From Escherichia coli (GTDB lineage: Bacteria > Pseudomonadota > Gammaproteobacteria > Enterobacterales > Enterobacteriaceae), in assembly GCF_044324875.1 (NCBI RefSeq), contig NZ_CP172185.1: 64,000 nucleotides of DNA; one strand, written 5' to 3'. Shown piece by piece: positions 59,416-64,000 of the stretch. Positions within the stretch are counted from its first letter, which is position 1; each line of letters opens with the position of its first letter. Made by a program: the position numbers and the translations under genes. The notes below the pieces were generated by a model. That model saw nothing but the letters and a program-made list of their open reading frames with translations, ran no database searches and was not told where the DNA came from.

Positions 59416-60931
59416 AAAGCGGTAGAAAAAGTTAAGTTCCCGGTTGATCGAATGGATGCGAATCGCTGATCGGACTTCGATGCCAATCCGTGATCGAATA
59501 GAGCGGAATACGCAAGATGGCTGCAAAAGATCGTGCCGAATCAGAGGCTTCACGACTCAGGTACACTGAAGAGGCGCAGAAGGCTTACGAACGGCTGCAG
59601 ACACCGCTGGAAAAATATACCGCCCGTCAGGAAGAACTGAACAAGGCACTGAAAGACGGGAAAATCCTGCAGGCAGATTACAACACGCTGATGGCGGCGG
59701 CGAAAAAGGATTATGAAGCGACGCTGAAAAAGCCGAAACAGTCCGGCGTGAAGGTGTCTGCGGGCGATCGTCAGGAAGACAGTGCTCATGCTGCCCTGCT
59801 GACGCTTCAGGCTGAACTCCGGACGCTGGAGAAGCATGCCGGAGCAAATGAGAAAATCAGCCAGCAGCGCCGGGATTTGTGGAAGGCGGAGAGTCAGTTC
59901 GCGGTACTGGAGGAGGCGGCGCAACGTCGCCAGCTGTCTGCACAGGAGAAATCCCTGCTGGCGCATAAAGATGAGACGCTGGAGTACAAACGCCAGCTGG
60001 CGGAACTTGGCGATAAGATTGAACACCAGAAACGGCTGAACGAACTGGTACAGCAGGCGGAGAAATTCGCACAGCAGCAACGGGCAAAACGGGCCGCCAT
60101 TGATGCGAAAAGCCGGGGACTGACTGACCGGCAGGCAGCGCGGGAAGCCACGGAACAGCGCCTGAAGGAACAGTATGGCGATAATCCGCTGGCGCTGAAT
60201 AACGTCATGTCAGAGCAGAAAAAGACCTGGGCGGCTGAAGACCTGCTTCGCGGGAGCTGGATGGCAGGCCTGAAGTCCGGCTGGAGTGAGTGGGAAGAGA
60301 GCGCCACGGACAGTATGTCGCAGGTTAAAAGTGCTGCCACGCAGACCTTTGATGGTATTGCGCAGAATATGGCGGCGATGCTGACCGGCAGTGAACAGAA
60401 CTGGCGCAGCTTCACCCGCTCCGTGCTGTCCATGATGACAGAAATTCTGGTTAAGCAGGCAATGGTGGGGATTGTCGGGAGTATCGGCAGCGTCATTGGC
60501 GGTGCTGCCGGTGGTGGCGCATCAGTGTCAGGCGGTACAGCCATTCAGGCCGCTGCGGCAAAATTCCATTTTGCGACCGGGGGATTTACGGGAACCGGCG
60601 GCAAATATGAGCCAGCGGGGATTGTTCACCGTGGTGAATTTGTCTTCACGAAGGAGGCAACCAGCCGGATTGGTGTCGGCAACCTGTACCGCCTGATGCG
60701 GGGCTATGCGGAAGGTGGTTATGTGGGCGGTGCCGGAAGTCCGGCGCAGATGCGGCGGGCTGAAGGCATTAATTTTAATCAGAACAATCACGTGGTGATT
60801 CAGAACGACGGTACGAATGGTCTGCCAGGTCCACAGATGATGAAGGCAGTGTATGACATGGCCCGCAAGGGTGCCCGTGATGAAATTCAGGCACAGATGC
60901 GCGATGGTGGTCTGTTCTCCGGAGGTGGACG

Positions 60932-61261
60932 ATGAAAACCTTCCGCTGGAAAGTGAAACCCGGTATGGATGTGGCTTCGGCCCCTTCTGTAAGAAAGGTG
61001 CGCTTTGGTGATGGCTATTCCCAGCGAGCGCCTGCCGGGCTGAATGCCAACCTGAAAACGTACAGCGTGACGCTTTCTGTTCCCCGTTGGGAGGCCACGG
61101 CGCTGGAGTCGTTTCTGGCTGAGCACGGGGGCTGGAAGGCCTTTCTGTGGACGCCGCCTTATGAGTGGCGGCAGATAAAGGTGACCTGCGCAAAATGGTC
61201 GTCGCGGGTCAGTATGCTGCGTGTTGAGTTCAGCGCAGAGTTTGAACAGGTGGTGAACTGA
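60932..61261 (+). CDS. M: Tail tip protein M
   Basis: 109 aa at the lambda gpM position. Confidence 0.88.
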   Translation: MKTFRWKVKPGMDVASAPSVRKVRFGDGYSQRAPAGLNANLKTYSVTLSVPRWEATALESFLAEHGGWKAFLWTPPYEWRQIKVTCAKWSSRVSMLRVEFSAEFEQVVN

Positions 61262-61959
61262 TGCAGGATATCCGGCAGGAAACACTGAATGAATGCACCC
61301 GTGCGGAGCAGTCGGCCAGCGTGGTGCTCTGGGAAATCGATCTGACAGAGGTCGGTGGCGAACGTTATTTTTTCTGTAATGAGCAGAACGAAAAAGGTGA
61401 GCCGGTCACCTGGCAGGAGCGGCAGTATCAGCCGTATCCCATTCAGGGGAGTGGTTTTGAACTGAATGGCAAAGGTACCAGTACGCGCCCCACGCTGACG
61501 GTTTCTAACCTGTACGGTATGGTCACCGGTATGGTGGAAGATATGCAGAGTCTGGTCGGCGGAACGGTGGTCCGGCGTAAAGTTTATGCCCGTTTTCTGG
61601 ATGCGGTGAACTTCGTCAACGGAAACCGTGACGCCGATCCGGAGCAGGAGGTGATCAGCCGCTGGCGCATCGAGCAGTGCAGTGATTTGACAGCGGTCAG
61701 CGCGACCTTTGTACTGGCCACGCCGACGGAAACGGACGGCGCTGTTTTTCCGGGACGTATTATGCTGGCCAACACCTGCACCTGGACCTATCGCGGCGAT
61801 GAGTGCGGTTATAGCGGTCCGGCGGTCGCGGATGAATATGACCAGCCGACGTCCGATATCACGAAGGATAAATGCAGCAAATGCCTGAGTGGCTGTAAGT
61901 TCCGCAATAACGTCGGCAACTTTGGCGGTTTTCTTTCCATTCACAAACTTTCGCAGTAA
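61261..61959 (+). CDS. L: Tail tip protein L
   Basis: 232 aa at the lambda gpL position, with C-terminal Cys residues. Confidence 0.9.
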   Translation: MQDIRQETLNECTRAEQSASVVLWEIDLTEVGGERYFFCNEQNEKGEPVTWQERQYQPYPIQGSGFELNGKGTSTRPTLTVSNLYGMVTGMVEDMQSLVGGTVVRRKVYARFLDAVNFVNGNRDADPEQEVISRWRIEQCSDLTAVSATFVLATPTETDGAVFPGRIMLANTCTWTYRGDECGYSGPAVADEYDQPTSDITKDKCSKCLSGCKFRNNVGNFGGFLSIHKLSQ

Positions 61960-61963
61960 TTCC

Positions 61964-62707
61964 ATGACAGAGACAGAATCAGCGATTCTGGCGCACGCCC
62001 GGCGATGTGCGCCAGCGGAGTCGTGCGGCTTCGTGGTGAGAGCGCCGGAGGGGGAAAGATATTTCCCCTGCGTGAATATCTCCGGTGAGCCGGAGGCGTA
62101 TTTCCGGATGTCGCCGGAGGACTGGCTGCAGGCAGAGATGCAGGGTGAGATTGTGGCACTGGTCCACAGTCACCCCGGTGGTCTGCCCTGGCTGAGTTAG
62201 GCCGACCGGCGGCTGCAGGTGCAGAGTGATTTGCCGTGGTGGCTGGTCTGCCGGGGGGCGATTCACAAGTTCCGCTGTGTGCCGCATCTCACCGGGCGGT
62301 GCTTTGAGCACGGGGTGACGGACTGTTACACGCTGTTCCGGGATGCTTACCATCTGGCGGGAATTGAGATGCCGGATTTTCATCGCGGGGATGACTGGTG
62401 GCGTAACGGTCAGAATCTCTATCTTGACAATATGGAGGCGACTGGTTTTTACCGTGTCGCACTGACAGAGGCGCAGCCCGGCGACGTGCTGCTGTGCTGT
62501 TTTGGTTCATCGGTGCCGAATCATGCCGCCATTTACTGCGGCGACGGCGGGCTGCTGCACCATATTCCTGAACAACTGAGCAAACGAGAGAGGTATACCG
62601 ACAAATGGCAGCGACGCACACACTCCCTCTGGCGTCACCGGGCATGGCACGCATCTGCCTTTACGGGGATTTGCAACGATTTGGCCGCCGCATCGACCTT
62701 CGTGTGA
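61964..62707 (+). pseudogene. K: Tail tip assembly protein K with in-frame amber codon
   Basis: MTETESAILAHARRCAPAESCGF...HPGGLPWLS is followed by TAG (62198-62200), then ADRRLQVQSDLPWWLV... in the same frame. Lambda gpK has Glu at this position (…PWLSEADRRLQ…), as I recall. Confidence 0.85.
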
Positions 62708-63252
62708 AAACGGGAGCCGAAGCCATCCGGGCGCTGGCCACGCAGCTCCCTGCGTTTCGTCAGAAACTGAGCGACGGCTGGTATCAGGTGCGTATTGCCG
62801 GGCGTGATACAGGCGAAAACGAATTATCAGCCCGTCTTAATGAACCGCTGGCAAATGGTGCCGTGATCCACATCGTGCCGCGTCTGGCGGGAGCCAAACG
62901 TGGTGGTGTGTTTCAGGCAGTGCTGGGCGCGGCGCTGATTGCGGTGGCATGGTGGAACCCTGCAGGCTGGCTGGGGGCTGCGGCTTTATCGGGCATGTAT
63001 GCGGCAGGGGCCAGTATGGTGCTCGGTGGTGTGGCGCAGATGCTGGCACCGAAAGCCAAAACCCCCCGCACACAGACAACGGATAACGGCAAACAGAACA
63101 CCTATTTTTCTTCACTGGATAACATGGTTGCCCAGGGGAATGCTCTGCCCGTTCTGTACGGTGAAATGCGCGTGGGGTCACGGGTAATTTCGCAGGAGAT
63201 CAGCACAGCGGATGAGGGGGATGGCGTCCGGGTTGTGGTGATTGGTCGCTGA
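62605..63252 (+). CDS. I: Tail tip assembly protein I
   Basis: 215 aa. MAATHTLPLASPGMARICLYGDLQRFGRRIDLRVKTGAEAIRALATQLPAFRQKL is identical to the lambda gpI N-terminus as I recall it. Confidence 0.9.
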   Translation: MAATHTLPLASPGMARICLYGDLQRFGRRIDLRVKTGAEAIRALATQLPAFRQKLSDGWYQVRIAGRDTGENELSARLNEPLANGAVIHIVPRLAGAKRGGVFQAVLGAALIAVAWWNPAGWLGAAALSGMYAAGASMVLGGVAQMLAPKAKTPRTQTTDNGKQNTYFSSLDNMVAQGNALPVLYGEMRVGSRVISQEISTADEGDGVRVVVIGR

Positions 63253-63312
63253 TGCAAAATGTTTTATGTGAAACCGCCTCCGGGCGGTTTTGTCGTTTAT
63301 GGAGCGTGAGGA

Positions 63313-64000
63313 ATGGGTAAAGGCAGCAGTAAGGGGCATACCCCGCGCGAAGCGAAGGACAACCTGAAGTCCACGCAGTTGCTGAGTGTGATCGATGTCA
63401 TCAGCGAAGGGCCGATACAAGGACCGGTGGATGGATTAAAAAGCGTGCTGCTGAACGGTACGCCGGTGCTGGACAGTGAGGGGAATACCAACATCTCCGG
63501 TGTCACGGTGGTGTTCCGTGCCGGTGAGCAGGAGCAGACACCGCCGGAGGGGTTTGAATCCTCCGGCTCCGAGACGGTGCTGGGTACGGAAGTGAAGTAC
63601 GACACGCCGATTACCCGGACCATCACGTCGGCAAACATCGACCGTCTGCGCCTGACCTTCGGTGTGCAGGCACTGGTGGAAACCACCTCAAAGGGGGACC
63701 GGAATCCGTCGGAAGTCCGCCTGCTGGTTCAGATACAGCGTAACGGTCGCTGGTTAACGGAAAAAGACATCACCATTAAGGGCAAAACCACCTCGCAGTA
63801 TCTGGCCTCGGTGGTGGTGGGTAACCTGCCGCCGCGCCCGTTCAGTATCCGGATGCGCAGGATGACGCCGGACAGCACCACAGACCAGCTGCAGAACAAA
63901 ACGCTCTGGTCGTCATACACCGAAATCATCGATGTGAAACAGTGCTACCCGAACACGGCACTGGTCGGTGTGCAGGTGGATTCGGAGCAGTTCGGCAGCC
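63313..64000 (+). CDS. J: Tail tip/host-specificity protein J, N-terminal part (continues beyond window)
   Basis: The frame is open from ATG 63313 (MGKGSSKGHTPREAKDNLKSTQLLSVIDVISEGPI...) to the window end, as in lambda gpJ. Confidence 0.9.
   Translation, partial: MGKGSSKGHTPREAKDNLKSTQLLSVIDVISEGPIQGPVDGLKSVLLNGTPVLDSEGNTNISGVTVVFRAGEQEQTPPEGFESSGSETVLGTEVKYDTPITRTITSANIDRLRLTFGVQALVETTSKGDRNPSEVRLLVQIQRNGRWLTEKDITIKGKTTSQYLASVVVGNLPPRPFSIRMRRMTPDSTTDQLQNKTLWSSYTEIIDVKQCYPNTALVGVQVDSEQFGS

Larger units (their letters stand above)
56883..59514 (+). mobile_element. IS21-family insertion sequence (istA-istB); exact termini ambiguous by up to ~7 bp
   Basis: The two-gene istA/istB organisation and multiple subterminal ~23-bp repeats at both ends support the call. 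It is flanked by the 14-bp direct repeat AGATGGCTGCAAAA (56869-56882 and 59515-59528). Confidence 0.85.
55710..60935 (+). pseudogene. H: Tail tape-measure gene H, interrupted by an IS21-family element
   Basis: The N-terminal 391 codons (55710-56882) and the C-terminal part (from 59515/59529 to 60935) are each colinear with lambda gpH. Removing the IS plus one 14-bp repeat restores an 859-codon frame. Confidence 0.9.
23620..64000. mobile_element. Lambdoid prophage integrated in mlrA/yehV (left junction in window, right end beyond window); stx-negative, tail genes disrupted
   Basis: Gene order is int-xis-early left operon-cI-cro-replication-rusA-Q-lysis-cos-Nu1...J, colinear with a lambda prophage. 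Confidence 0.95.

Noticed and set aside
59550-61965. Minus-strand ORFs of 176-268 aa within H, M and L
   Set aside because: Same reasoning: these are shadow ORFs opposite lambda-like tail genes.

Overview
The window has two parts. Positions 1 to about 23,620 are ordinary, syntenic Escherichia coli core chromosome. The genes are mglA' (partial), mglC, preA, preT, yeiS, sanA, cdd, yohK, yohJ, dusC, yohP, mdtQ, yohF, yohD, yohC, pbpG, dld, bglX, osmF-yehYXW and yohO, with REP/BIME and ERIC repeats between them. The regulator gene mlrA (yehV) loses its 5' end at about 23.62 kb, where a lambdoid prophage is inserted. The prophage fills the rest of the window and its right end lies outside it. Its order is that of a lambda prophage: int-xis, a leftward early operon of mostly unknown small genes, PL, a cI-type repressor, OR, cro, a helicase/primase replication module, rusA, Q, a reverse-strand OmpC-family porin, and one tRNA plus two decayed tRNA-like genes. 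Then follow a pinholin/SAR-endolysin/Rz/Rz1 lysis cassette, cos, and head and tail genes that I recognise (from memory, not computed) as very close to lambda Nu1 through J. No stx genes are present. The tail module carries three independent lesions: IS2 in Z (5-bp GGATC duplication), an IS21-family element in tape-measure gene H, and an in-frame amber codon in K. The prophage is therefore probably unable to make infectious particles, while its accessory genes remain intact. The most interesting candidates for undescribed functions are all prophage accessory genes ('morons'): (1) an insulated three-gene membrane cassette (35-aa TM peptide, 62-aa two-TM protein, inner-membrane SPFH/band-7 lipoprotein); (2) a TonB C-terminal-domain lipoprotein at the bor position; (3) a reverse-strand gene splitting the holin and endolysin genes; (4) a secreted Cys-rich mini-protein next to cos; and (5) an XRE-type HTH gene as the first PL gene, overlapped convergently by an 86-aa ORF. 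All functional proposals for these are inference. No database search or structure prediction could be run.
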